64,000 bases of DNA, filler included, from Globobulimina sp. (GCA_003354225.1; 16 parts of 16 records of this genome joined end to end with filler, not necessarily neighbours in it), one strand, 5' to 3'. Positions 36,145-48,077 are shown, counted from the first letter of the whole stretch. Made by a program: numbers and translations. Notes: generated from the letters alone by a model not told the origin.

Positions 36145-37959
36145 GGGACGAATGGGGATGGACACGGCCACAGTGGAGGTTCTGCCGATTTTCGCCGTGT
36201 AATAGCTCGATCCGCGATGGTGGCGGTCGCTAAATCCTATGCAAAATATGGGGCAAAATATGCTTTCAAAACAAAAAAGAACTGACTGGCACATACCCGT
36301 TGAATCAGTGCTTCTTTTGTCGTGTGGTGATTTGCTCGGTTTTCTATCGAAAAAGCCGGCATAACTGTTGGCTTTGGGAATATGTTGATAATTATCCTTA
36401 TCCTTAGGCTGCGGTTCTGGCCCCGGCAGCGTTGGATGTCGACGAAACAGTTGCAATGCGGGATGGGTCTCTGTGTCTTCACGGTAGTTATTGCCATAGC
36501 CTTCAAAGCCGTCATCGCCATCAAAGTCGTCGTCATAGGTATTCACATCATTTTTCTTATTCGTCTCCCAGGCTGTGACTTTGACGCCGGTCACCAAGCC
36601 GGCAGTGATAAAGGTGATGACTTCGCGACGCAACGCGTTGGATTAGTTTTGGTTTTGCGAAATTTTCTGCCACTTGCTTTTGTCATTTTCATTCAAAGCC
36701 AAAAAAAAAAACTTAAGTAAGTAACTCACTGAAAACACTTTTTTTTTTCACAACTCAACTTTTTTTTCTTGGTGCTTTCCGAGTATTTTTCAATCAATAA
36801 CTTACTGCGCGCAGTCACGGGACGAGTGGTGTCCTCTTTGCCTGCATTGGGTGCGGCATAGGGTGGCCTTCGAAGTTCCACATCGACGGGGGGTTTGTCG
36901 TCGAGATAGTTCATGGAGTCGATGGCTGTCGTGGTATATGTGTCGTCCTCATATAAGTTAGATGCACTGCTCGAACTAGTTGTGATTTTATTAGATCTCC
37001 AACACATCAAAATGCTGTCTTTGGCGCACCACGTTATCAAATCGAAAAACACGCCACAAAGCACAAATACTGACAATACATAGGGCTGCGGCAGTCTCCT
37101 CGTCGGTGTATCCGAATGTTCGCCAAAGGTCAACAACCAAAGTATGGCTAAATACAGATGAAAGTAAGTTATTTCGACAGGAAAAAGGCTCAAATTGTAT
37201 ACTGTACCTTGGCAGACATAGTTGATGGTGAAGCAGCCCACGATGCCGGTTTGTCGCTTAATAATTTTCCATCTCAGTTCGAAGGTGTCGTCCAATATCC
37301 GTGATTGCAAATGTTTCAATGACCAGTAGGTGACCACAATGCCGCCAATCACAACAACACTCGCCGGCACATAGATGATGAATATGTTCCACAGATTGAA
37401 GCCTTCCTTATACACAGTCCAACAAAACTGGAAATCTTCCCTGTACTCAAAGGCCCGGGCCAGCCCAATGGGGATAGTCACAATGCAGGCGGCGAATATC
37501 ACGATGAAATGGATCCACATCGAGTTTGAGGCAGGTTTCCTGAATGGATTTTTGAGCGTGAAATATAAGTCAAAGCAGATGGTGGTGTAGTATGCGGCGG
37601 AGATGAGGAGGAAAATAGTGAATAGTGCTCCTAAGGCATGGCAGGTTATGTCTTTTGTGCACATGTCGATGTCTGACTTGACGGTCACTAAAAATACTAA
37701 TGCGAGGCAGAAATTTGACACAATGCGGCCCAACATCAATTTGGACGGTGTGTTGCGCGATTTGTTGATCGTGAAATCGTAGATGGGGAATATTGTAAAT
37801 ATAATGCATAAGGCTGTGATATTATTGTGTGTACTGTGTTGCGTGATGTAGGTGGGACTGGTACATACATAGTGCAGTGTACCACCATCCTTTGTCGAAA
37901 TTCCAGTCATATGTTTCTATTTCGTCACCGTGCTTATCAATACAGGGAGTGTACGACAT
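36145..37959 (-). CDS. 7TM GPCR-like protein with LRxGI linker; probable GPCR-PIPK, 3' truncated
   Basis: First exon MSYTPCIDK...WWYTAL (ATG 37959, intron 37814-37868); CHALGALFT...ICFDLYFTLKNPF, FCW, IYVPA; after the TMs NALRREVITFITAGL = LR(x9)GL. Confidence 0.7.
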
Positions 37960-38047
37960 TATGGTTGCTTGGGGTAGAAGTACAAAGTTTTTTCAGCAAA
38001 CAATCATTTTAATCATTTATAAGTTTTCTGCTGGCATTTATCACTCA

Positions 38048-39530
38048 ATGCAATCTTTGCGGATTAAAGTAGGTTTGCCATGTTTACGTCAATCTATCGC
38101 AGAGCAGCACAATGAAGAAGAATACCAATGTTATGTAAGTGGCCATGGTGAACATCAAAGCATAGGAATGGAATCAATATCTATTCAATATCCTGATTTG
38201 GCAGATATGCAACAATCTCCTTCAAATGTATCATCTGTTACTGTATCAATTTTAGATTTGCCATCATTAATGTTAACATCTACAATTACGAAATCCGATG
38301 AAGATGTATCAAGTACGAAATCCGGCGAAGATAAATTACTTTGTGATCGCGGATATGAAATAACTGGTAAAATATGCGATACATTGCAAGGTGAACTATT
38401 CAAAGCAAAAATAACTAAATTCAGTGCTGTTGGAAGTTATGTTGGGATCAAAAAAATTAATAAATATTTAAGCGTAAACAAAATTGCAGTTGAAGATGAT
38501 ATTAGTTTCTGTGTATCAGAGGACATAGTGAAAGAAGCTATGATTTTGAAACATTTGACTGTCGATAATAACCCGACTGGCCAATATATTGTTAAATTTA
38601 TTGATATTTTTCAATCTCCAACACATTTGTATTTAGTAACAGAATATATCGACGGTATGAATTTAAAAGAATTTGTAAACAAATCACATGAATATATGAA
38701 TAGTGGTATATTAAAATTGAAAGAATATCATAAAACTATTAAATATATTTCATGGCAATTTATTACAATTTTGCATTGGTTGCATAATATCTGTCATTGT
38801 ATGTACTTTATCCCAAAACACTCCGTTTGTTTCTCAACCAATCCGATTTTGTTAAAGGTGCTCATTTGGATCTATGTATGCAAAATGTCATGCTAACAAA
38901 TGTGCAATTTCTGCAGAATGCAAATGGATCATTAACTATTGGTGCTGCAATACAGCTTAAATTAACAGATTTCGGCGTAGCGGAACTATTTCAATTGCAA
39001 ACGTTTCAATGTAATAAACAAGGTTTAACTATCAACAATGAACGATATCAAGCACCAAATCTGTTCAATGAGCAAACATACGATGCGCGAGCAGCTGACA
39101 TGTTAAGTACTAGTACATCACAGTAAAAAAACTGCAACAATTATATATTAATAGGTGGTCGTTAGGATTGATATTTTATGAATGTGTGGTTGGTGAACCA
39201 TTGTATGAAGCAACTGATATGTTGAATGATCCAAAAGGTGGTTATTTGGCGTTACATACTCAAACATTGAAGAAATATTTATATTCATGTAACGTTTTAT
39301 CGAATTTTAGGAAGGGGTCATTTTCATTTTTGGAACGTTTGTTGTGTATTAATGAACAACAACGAATTCGAGCATCGCAATGTATTCAACATTTTTGGTT
39401 CAAATCTTATTATCAGAAATATGAACATAGATTGGCTAAAAAAAATATAGCTGATTGTAAACGATTGCGGGGACAAGCTGAGAAAATGCGAGTTTTTCCG
39501 TATTATAATAAATTTATCAGCAGTTTTTAA
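38048..39530 (+). CDS. Ser/Thr protein kinase (non-RD, HLD catalytic loop), 3 exons
   Basis: DTLQGELF, VGIKK, KEA, LYLVTEY, AHLDLCMQN, LTDFG, YQAPN, DMWSLG after removing introns 38799-38857 and 39102-39154. Confidence 0.9.
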
Positions 39531-40156
39531 TATTTCCAATCACTCATTATATTTATATTTATCAGTAGTTTAATATTAATACCATTCCGAACAGGCAGAA
39601 CGAAACATTTTGTTTGTTTTTTTATTTTCTTTTCTTTTTTAGTTTCTCCACTAACCATAATATATATTGATTGTTTGTTATATATTGTTTGTTGTGACGT
39701 ATTATTAAGTCTCACTTTACTCTTATTCTCGAAAAAAAAACCTCTTCACTTTTTTAATCCAAACGGGATAAAAAAACCTCAGAAGTTTTTTTATCAAGAA
39801 TTTTATTATTTCATTTTCTACTAAGTATGGTGTTGGTTTACTTCAACATCAACAAAAGCAGGATGCATCCTACTTTGCTTAAAGGCGCACAAAATTATCG
39901 AAACTTTGTTTTCTTGAAGTTAGCTAGTCATCCAAAACATTAAAAATATACATATATATATATCGTTTTAATCTTATTCCTAAATTATAATAAATAACAA
40001 ACAAATAAATTTTTGATTGTTTGTTATCAAACTAATATACAAATAATAGAATATTANNNNNNNNNNNNNNNNNNNNNNNNNNNNNNNNNNNNNNNNNNNN
40101 TTAATTAATTAANNNNNNNNNNNNNNNNNNNNNNNNNNNNNNNNNNNNNNNNNNNN

Positions 40157-41584
40157 CATCAATTAAATAATAAAGAAATATATTTACAATCAAATGAATA
40201 TTATGAATTATCAGAATTATTAAAACGTGGTATTGCTTATCATCATTCTGGTATGAGAACAGTATTTAAAGAAATAATTGAATTATTATGTAATGAAGGT
40301 TTAATCAAAGTATTATTCGCAACCGAAACTTATGCTGTTGGAATTAATAGTCCGATTAAAACAGTTGTATTTACTGGTCTTCAAAAATATAGTAATGATG
40401 GACATAGATATGTGAATACAGCCGAATATCTTCAAATGGCAGGACGTGCGGGAAGACGCGGAAAAGATAAAGTCGGAACTGTTATATTATTAGCAAATCT
40501 TATTGATTTACCAGTTCCACAACAATTAAAAGGTATTATGTGTGGAAGTTCAGCTAACATTGCTTCCAAATTCTCTATGAGTTATCAATTCATATTGAAA
40601 ATATTATTAAATGAACACATCTCATTTGAACAATTCTTACAAAATACTTTATTAAATAAAGAAACAGAATCACAAAAAGATTATTTAAGAAATGAAATTA
40701 CACAACAAGAAACAAGAATTCAACAATTACAACAAACAAAAGTATCAACTGAAGAATATGATAGATACTTTACAATTAAAGAAAAAATGGGAAATAAACA
40801 AAAAACAACAAAAGGTCAAAAGAAATTTGTAAAGAAGATTCAATCAATGGAAGGTTTTGAAGATGATTATAATTTATACTTAGCAAATTATGAAGAACAT
40901 AATTATTTAGCAAAATTAAAATTTGATTTAGAAAACTGGCAAGATAATACATCTGGTAATTTAGAAAAGATTCTTAATTTATTAAAAGAAAATGGTTATA
41001 TTACAATAAATGAAAATCAAGAATATAAAGATTTAACAAAAGAGAATGTTACAATTAAAGGTATTATAGCTTCTCAAATTCAGGAATGTAATTCTCTACT
41101 TATGACAGAATTATTAACAAAATCTTTTTTTGATGATTTAACTGAAGCTGAAATAGTCGGTTTGATTTCTGTGTTTGCTCATACAAAGTGTTTATCTGAA
41201 GATATGAAAACTTATAATGGAGATACATTAAATATATCTAATAAATTAAAATCACGATTAAAACAATTAGAAGTATTAAATAACAATCTATATGAAAGTG
41301 AAGAAAATATGCAAATATATATGGATACAAATTGGGATTTAAATTGGGATTTTATAGAATATGGATACAGATGGACAAATGGTGTAAATTTTAAAGATTT
41401 ATACTTTGATAATTATACTGGTTCATTTATTAAAGATATTATTAAATTAGATAATATTATTTCAACGATGGAAGTGTTGGCAAGTATAAATGGGAAACAT
41501 AGACTTGTTTATAAATTACAAAATATTTCAAAATTATTATTAAGAGATATTGTATCTACTGAGTCACTCTACATAAAATTATAA
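40157..41584 (+). CDS. Ski2-like DExH-box helicase, C-terminal part (giant-virus-like)
   Basis: RGIAYHHSG, KVLFATETYAVGIN, EYLQMAGRAGRRG, DSHCT-like ending LLRDIVSTESLY; no introns; frame open from contig start. Confidence 0.9.
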   Translation, partial: HQLNNKEIYLQSNEYYELSELLKRGIAYHHSGMRTVFKEIIELLCNEGLIKVLFATETYAVGINSPIKTVVFTGLQKYSNDGHRYVNTAEYLQMAGRAGRRGKDKVGTVILLANLIDLPVPQQLKGIMCGSSANIASKFSMSYQFILKILLNEHISFEQFLQNTLLNKETESQKDYLRNEITQQETRIQQLQQTKVSTEEYDRYFTIKEKMGNKQKTTKGQKKFVKKIQSMEGFEDDYNLYLANYEEHNYLAKLKFDLENWQDNTSGNLEKILNLLKENGYITINENQEYKDLTKENVTIKGIIASQIQECNSLLMTELLTKSFFDDLTEAEIVGLISVFAHTKCLSEDMKTYNGDTLNISNKLKSRLKQLEVLNNNLYESEENMQIYMDTNWDLNWDFIEYGYRWTNGVNFKDLYFDNYTGSFIKDIIKLDNIISTMEVLASINGKHRLVYKLQNISKLLLRDIVSTESLYIKL

Positions 41585-41657
41585 TAAAAATTTGAATGAA
41601 TATTCAAAAATTTAATTTAAAATTTAAATAATATGATATTATAATATATATTATTTA
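41585..41657 (+). repeat. Conserved intergenic unit, copy 1 (TGAATATTCA palindrome at 41597-41606)
   Basis: TAAAAATTTGAATGAATATTCAAAAATTTAATTTAAAATTTAA...ATATTATTTA-ATG. Confidence 0.85.
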
Positions 41658-42695
41658 ATGGTTGGGAAATTATTATTAAATTATTGTAAAGAAAATAATA
41701 AAGAATATTTAATCAATGAATGGGATGAAGAAAAAAATAATTCTATAAATAATTATACTTATGGTTCCAAAAAGAAAGTTTGGTGGATTTGTTCTGAAAA
41801 AAGTTGTCATAAATGGGAAACTATATTATATAATAGAACAACTCATAATAACGGTTGTCCAATATGTAGAAATTATAAAGTATGTTCTATTGATAATTGT
41901 AATTCATTATATAATTTTTGTATTAATAATAATTTAGAATATTTAGTTAATGAATGGGATGAAGAAAAAAATAATTCTATAAATAATTATACTTATGGTA
42001 GTGATAAAAAAGTTTGGTGGATTTGTTCTAAAAAATCTTGTCATAAATGGAAAACAAATATTTATAGTAGAACTGGAAAATCAAAAAAAGGATGTCCATA
42101 TTGTGCAAATCAAAAAATTTGTAAAGTTGATTATTGTAATTCATTATACCAATATTCAATTGATAATAATTTAGAATATATTATCAATGAATGGAATGAT
42201 AAAAGAAATATTAAGTTATTTTCTAAAAATGCAAATAAAATTGTGAAATGGAAATGTAATAAAAATCATAAATGGGATGCAATTATAAATGATAGAATTG
42301 GTAAAAATAATAGTTGTCCAAAATGTGCTAAAAATCAGTTTTCTAAAACTCAAATAGAATGGTTAAAATTAAAAAGAATAATTGATAATACATATATTCA
42401 AGATAGTATGAATGATAAAGAATATAAAATAAATAGTTATAAAGTTGATGGTTATTCAAAAGACTTAAATAAAGTCTATGAATTTCACGGAGACTATTGG
42501 CACGGAAATCCAAAGAGATTTAATAGAAATGATATTAATCAAAGTAATAAAAAAAGTTATGGTGAATTATATGATAATACATTAGAAAGAATAAAAAATA
42601 TTAGAGAATTAGGTTATGAAGTTGAAGAAATGTGGGAAAGAGATTGGAATAATCATAAGAAATTAATGAAAGAAATTAATAAACTAAAAATGTAA
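41658..42695 (+). CDS. Three zinc-ribbon repeats plus PD-(D/E)xK endonuclease-like domain
   Basis: Three EW..N...KVWWxC...HKW...R...CPxC units; VDGY...VYEFHGDYWHG...GYEVEEMWERDW. Confidence 0.85.
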   Translation: MVGKLLLNYCKENNKEYLINEWDEEKNNSINNYTYGSKKKVWWICSEKSCHKWETILYNRTTHNNGCPICRNYKVCSIDNCNSLYNFCINNNLEYLVNEWDEEKNNSINNYTYGSDKKVWWICSKKSCHKWKTNIYSRTGKSKKGCPYCANQKICKVDYCNSLYQYSIDNNLEYIINEWNDKRNIKLFSKNANKIVKWKCNKNHKWDAIINDRIGKNNSCPKCAKNQFSKTQIEWLKLKRIIDNTYIQDSMNDKEYKINSYKVDGYSKDLNKVYEFHGDYWHGNPKRFNRNDINQSNKKSYGELYDNTLERIKNIRELGYEVEEMWERDWNNHKKLMKEINKLKM

Positions 42696-42767
42696 ATGAA
42701 TATTCAAATAATTTAATTTAAAATTTAATATTGTATTAGTATATAATATTATTTAATATAAACAATA
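42685..42767 (+). repeat. Conserved intergenic unit, copy 2 (palindrome at 42697-42706)
   Basis: TAAAAATGTAAATGAATATTCAAATAATTTAATTTAAAATTTAA...ATATTATTTAATATAAACAATA-ATGG. Confidence 0.85.
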
Positions 42768-43964
42768 ATGGGTTTTTTTTATTTCATACAATTTGCTGAT
42801 AATGTATATAAAATAGGTATTACCAATCAAGAAACAGTTGAATGTAGGTTAAGGCAATATCCAAGTGAATATTGTATGGCCAAAATTTCAAGAAGAATAT
42901 TAATTATTGAAACAAATGATTATAAAGAACTTGAAAAATATATTATCTTTAAAATTAAAAATAATTATTTATTAAAAGTTACTCATACACGTAGTGGGGA
43001 ATATTTTATATGCCTTGATGAAAACTTTAATTTAGAAGAATATATAAAAGAAAGAATAAATATGTTCAATAAACCCAATGATATTGAAAAATTTCTCATC
43101 TTTAAAAGACAATTAGAAATAGAAGTATTTAAATGGAAACCTTTTATTGAAATGAATCGGTGGATTAATACAAGAAAAAAAGAAGGTAAAAAAGTTATTG
43201 AAATTATTAAAATAAGAGGAAATTGTAAACCTAAAAATTGGAACGAATTAATAGAATTTCAGAAAATTGAAAAAGATAAAGAGTGGAAAGAAAAGGTAAG
43301 AATAGATTTAGAATTAAGAAAAGAAAATTGGCATACAAAAATGGATAAATATTTACCAAATAAAATAGAAGATTTATTAGATATTGAAAAATATAATACT
43401 TTATTTGAGGTTTGGGGTAATATGTGTGGATTATATGGATTTCATTATAATGAAAATGATTATGAATCTTATATTTATAAAATATTAACACTTATAAAGA
43501 GCGATTATAGATTTTGCACTATTGAGGGAAGAACTGAACTTTTAAGTTCAAGGTGTGATAGATGTAATAGATTTTTTGGTTATGGACACGGTTGGGGGGG
43601 TTGTTCTGTATCTAGATATCCTACATACTTTGATGATGATAATCATAGATTAATTGATATATCATACGATTGTGATATATGTAAATCAACTGGATTAGAA
43701 GCTAAAAAATGTAATCCTAGATGTAAATTAATAAATGATAAGGATATGTTATATCAATGTAGTGTATGTAAAAATAGGGGAATTGATGCGACCGAATGTA
43801 ATCCTAAATTTAATGGTAATCTTAAATGTAAATTAATAAATTATATTGAAAGATTAACTGTTCAATATTTAAAAATAGAATGTAAAAAAAATAATATAAA
43901 AGGATACTCAAAACTTAGAAAGAAAGAATTAGTTAATATATTAATAAAATATATTAAAATGTAA
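42768..43964 (+). CDS. T5orf172/GIY-YIG-like N-terminal domain, Cys-rich region, Rho-N/HeH-like C-terminus
   Basis: YFIQF...YKIGIT...RLRQYP...LEK...GEYF; duplicated CxxCKxxGxxAxxCNP; LTVQYLKIECKKNNIKGYSKLRKKELV. Confidence 0.75.
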   Translation: MGFFYFIQFADNVYKIGITNQETVECRLRQYPSEYCMAKISRRILIIETNDYKELEKYIIFKIKNNYLLKVTHTRSGEYFICLDENFNLEEYIKERINMFNKPNDIEKFLIFKRQLEIEVFKWKPFIEMNRWINTRKKEGKKVIEIIKIRGNCKPKNWNELIEFQKIEKDKEWKEKVRIDLELRKENWHTKMDKYLPNKIEDLLDIEKYNTLFEVWGNMCGLYGFHYNENDYESYIYKILTLIKSDYRFCTIEGRTELLSSRCDRCNRFFGYGHGWGGCSVSRYPTYFDDDNHRLIDISYDCDICKSTGLEAKKCNPRCKLINDKDMLYQCSVCKNRGIDATECNPKFNGNLKCKLINYIERLTVQYLKIECKKNNIKGYSKLRKKELVNILIKYIKM

Positions 43965-44035
43965 ATGAATATTCAAACCTAATTAATCAATTAATTAATG
44001 AAAAATAAAAATATTATTCATTAATATAAACAATA
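43955..44035 (+). repeat. Conserved intergenic unit, copy 3 (palindrome at 43966-43975), followed by a new ORF start at 44036
   Basis: AAAATGTAAATGAATATTCAAA...TTAATATAAACAATA-ATGG. Confidence 0.8.
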
Positions 44036-44301
44036 ATGGAAGGCTTTGGAACATTATCAATTCATACNNNNNNNNNNNNNNNNNNNNNNNNNNNNNNNNN
44101 NNNNNNNNNNNTTAATTAATTAANNNNNNNNNNNNNNNNNNNNNNNNNNNNNNNNNNNNNNNNNNNNTGATGAATGATTGTGGGGTTTATCAACAAGCTC
44201 ATGATCACTCGGTAAATAATAATGTTACTTATTATATAAATAATATAACACATAATCACTATTATATATCAACCATCACAAAAAAGACATCGGAGAGTTA
44301 A

Positions 44302-44781
44302 GTGTTATTTTTATTTGTATCTATTGTGGTTTGCACATATTTGCATATTTGCACTGTTGAGATTCTGTTGAGTCAGAGTGAGAGTGAGAGTGAAAGTGAT
44401 GATAATTATAAGGATAAGAAAGGAAAAGGACAGAAAAAAACGAATTCAGTAAATTACGTGGATGAAGGTGGTGCCACTAGGAATTCGAAAGGGAGAGCTC
44501 GAGCTAAATTTAGATATTTTAATTCTAAAACCAGAAGGAATTCCAATCAAAGAGGTCGAGACAGAGACAGAGATATGGAGAGGGAGAGGGAGAGAGAAAT
44601 GGACAGAGATAGAAGATATGGAAAAATTGAATTTGCACTCGATTCAAATTCAAAATTTGTGCCAATTGAGAATGATACAAATATTGTGTCTTCAGTGATA
44701 TCCACATTTGGTATTGAACAATCACATGATAAAAAACACAAAAACTGTGTGGATACGGATACATTTAATGATGATATTTGA
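44302..44781 (+). CDS. Probable terminal exon of a low-complexity (SE, RD/RE repeat) protein
   Basis: Open frame with SESESE and RDRDRD tracts; true start not visible. Confidence 0.35.
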   Translation: MLFLFVSIVVCTYLHICTVEILLSQSESESESDDNYKDKKGKGQKKTNSVNYVDEGGATRNSKGRARAKFRYFNSKTRRNSNQRGRDRDRDMEREREREMDRDRRYGKIEFALDSNSKFVPIENDTNIVSSVISTFGIEQSHDKKHKNCVDTDTFNDDI

Positions 44782-44993
44782 TTATAAATTTATAATAAAC
44801 CATGTCCGGAATGTACTAATGTTTTTTTGCTATTATTGTTAATTATTTTATATCATAACCTATTCTCTTTTCTTTATACATAATTAGAAGAGCTACACCT
44901 CGCGGTGGTGTCGGATTTATAGTTTTTATGTCTAAATACTAGCATTTAGTAGTCATGAATACTTAATACTTATACAAAATAATAAATAATGTA

Positions 44994-46716
44994 TTATATA
45001 CAATAATTCCAAGCAGGCATACAAGTTTGAATAAAGGGCCATCCGTCTTGAATAACTTCAACATACAAAACAGGAATCGAATAACTGCTCCAAAACATTG
45101 AAAAATCAGTATTGCTGTATCTTGTTCTTGTTGCTTCCAAATTTGTATCATTTAATGTCCAAATAATCATTTGTTTTGCTCTAAATCCGGATTCATTAAT
45201 TAAATAATTAAAATCATATTTCTCATTCAATATCCTATTATTCATTCGTTGCAATTCCTGCAAATTATCAAATAAATTCAACATTGTATAAATATTGCCG
45301 CCAATACCATGGCATTGCATCAATCCTTTAATTAATAAGCCCCGATTCCATGTTGCTTCGAATGCCTTCAAACCTGCATCCAACCATTTCTCTGAAAGAC
45401 TAACATTAACAGATGAATATACCAATGCTGCTTTGCTGAAAGTATCCTGAAATGAGGGGGCGCCATGACACCATTGAACTCGCGCATCGTTATCATTGCC
45501 ATAGGATCGCGCACAGACATCACTCAAATATGTTGGCATATTTCCATCTGGATATTGCAGCGAAACTAAAAAATGTAAAGTATTTGTAATTGCTGCTTCA
45601 TATTTATTATCATCCAATATATCTAACACATATCCATTGTGGTATGCTTCCAATATCATTCGTAAAACACCGCCAATCCCTTCACCTGCTCCAACTAAAT
45701 AACATCCCGCAAGGAAGCCATCGTCAAACATCATATAATTATGGCCCTGTTTTGCTCCAGTTTCGATACCAACGTCTAATAAATGGTGGACAATATTTGT
45801 TAATATTGTGGCATTGATAATAATTGATGAAGACTTAAAATATTCATTTAAAAATATCCCATTATATAATAAACCTGTAATACCTGTAAAGAGCCCGACG
45901 TTTGACATTGAATATCGATATTTTGGTGAGATGGTATCGTTATTTATTATGGCAGTATTTATGTCGTTAAATATATCTAATACGTTTGATAAATATTTAT
46001 TAAAATTGTTATTATCCGCAATAATATTATAATATAATGCGGTCATCGTATATATTCCCACATTGCCCATCAAAAAAGATGTTTGTTTATTATTATTATT
46101 CATATTTTTTAATGCATTTTGAAAATATTGGCTTGCTAAAGTAAGATATGTGTCATTTTTTGTGTTAATATATAATCGTAAAAATATTTGTCCTCTGCCA
46201 GCAGCTCCTTGATAAATATCTGATGGGTCACTTGATGGATATATTCTCGATGGGGGATAGTTTTTAATCCAATAATCAATGTTTCTATTCATATAATCAA
46301 TGATTTTGTTATGTGTTGCGGATGAAATATTTAATGAATCACCATTGACATAATCTGATTGTTGGTTTACAATACAAGGAGGACATGGAGGACCAATATG
46401 ATCTGGGCCTAATTGTTAACATATATCAAAAGTTTATATTAGTTTTCGTTTTTTTATCCGAACTGGGCGATTTTCCTACAATTAATCATATAAATATTGT
46501 TTATAGTTTATTTATAATGAACGTTGAGTGTTGTGGAGAAATCGACCAATTCATCCAGAATTTATGAACAATGTTTGTTTTCGATCAGATACTATTAAAG
46601 CACATACATTCATTAGGTTCTGATGCATTTACCAATTGGCAATAATCTGCAGGAGGTGTTGTTTGTCCAAATGTCGTTGAAACGGTCACAACTGTTAAGA
46701 AAAATAAGATTGACAT
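44994..46716 (-). CDS. LanC-like protein with N-terminal signal peptide
   Basis: Exon 1 MSILFFLTVVTVSTTFG (ATG 46716), intron about 46409-46607; IYQGAAG, SFLMGNVG, GLFTGITG, DGNMP, VQWCHGAP, WNRGLLIKGLMQCHGIGGN. Confidence 0.88.
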
Positions 46717-46765
46717 TTTGTTTGTTAGGTTTTTGATCTTACTGTTTTTTATTTGCTGTCCGATA

Positions 46766-48077
46766 ATGTCAGTTTATCGTAACATGCTTTTGCCATTGCT
46801 TCTATTCGAATGTATATGGTTGGTGGGATCAGAGACTTTTACAGGATCAGACTTTGTTTGCAATCAAAAAAGTGAATGCCGAAGCGACACGATATTATGT
46901 GATGCAAATACAAATTGCACCATCACTTGCAGTGGTGAAGATTCATGCAAATATGCAAGGATTGTTTGTCCCACAGATGCAAATTGCATAATTAATTGTG
47001 CATCAGGCCCAAGTGAGTGTGTAAAGGCCAACATAAACGCAACAGTATCGACTTCATTACATTTCAATTGTGAACAGTCATCAAGGTTCGGGTGTGATGA
47101 TACGACAGTATATTGTCCAAATAATGGATATTCAGGACCCACAACATGCAAAATCACTACACGATCTGAGTCGACTACTTTAATAAACGTATGTAATTAT
47201 TCACAAAAACACCATTCTGATCTAAAATATATCTCACAAATAGGTCTACGCAGTAGAAGGATTCAACGATGTTGAAATCATAGGCCCAGTACCCAATTTA
47301 CTCATACATTGCACAGAAAATTATCAAACCTTGTCCCAATGCGCTATCTTTAATACAATTAACAATCTATGCAGTGAATGTCATAACATTTTTTTACCCA
47401 CAACCGGCATTCCAACCACTGAGCCAAGCATTGAGCCAACAAATGAGCCAACCATTGAACCAACCTTTGGGCCAACAACGGTTCCAACACTTGGACCAAC
47501 CACACAACCAAGCACACCAACGGCATATCCAACCGATCCCAGCATTTTGCCGACACAAAACCCAACAATGCCACCCACGCCTTCACCAACATTAATTATT
47601 GGATTTAATGATCCCACCTTTGCGCCAATAATCGAACAACAGCAGGCTGTTACCACAAATGTTACAGTGTTTTCTGACGATAATAATCAATCATTGCAAC
47701 AAAATGGAACAATATTTTCACGCCAACCCAATGTAGTAATATTAATATTATCTATATTCATCTTTTTATTGTTACTTTGCGTGATCGGTATAGTTGGATT
47801 AATAAAATATGAAAACAAACGTAAAAGAACAGAGATAATTGTAATTCAAATGAATTCAAAACCAAAATTAGACGATATGCAGGCAACCGCAGTGGAAGTG
47901 GCCGTAACCTCCATGTCCAGCGGCAGTAATTCTGATAATTTTGATAAAAATGAATTTTTAATGGATCTGAATGTGGACGAAGGTGATGACATATTAATGA
48001 ACAATGAAACAGCGCAATATGATCATGATCAGAACCAGAGAGTGGTTGCACGCCAACCTACGATTACAATGGAGGAA
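46766..48077 (+). CDS. Type I membrane surface protein: signal peptide, Cys-rich domain, PT stalk, TM helix
   Basis: Intron 47189-47243 joins the frames (…LIN|VYAVEGFND); same architecture as 4908-7939; truncated by linker. Confidence 0.85.

Noticed and set aside
37877-38047. Kinase overlapping the GPCR gene
   Set aside because: A better kinase start is ATG 38048 and the GPCR starts at 37959 on the other strand, so they do not overlap.
41585-44035. Intergenic repeats as a CRISPR array
   Set aside because: The spacers are whole genes of 1.0-1.2 kb, the repeats are degenerate, and no cas genes are present.
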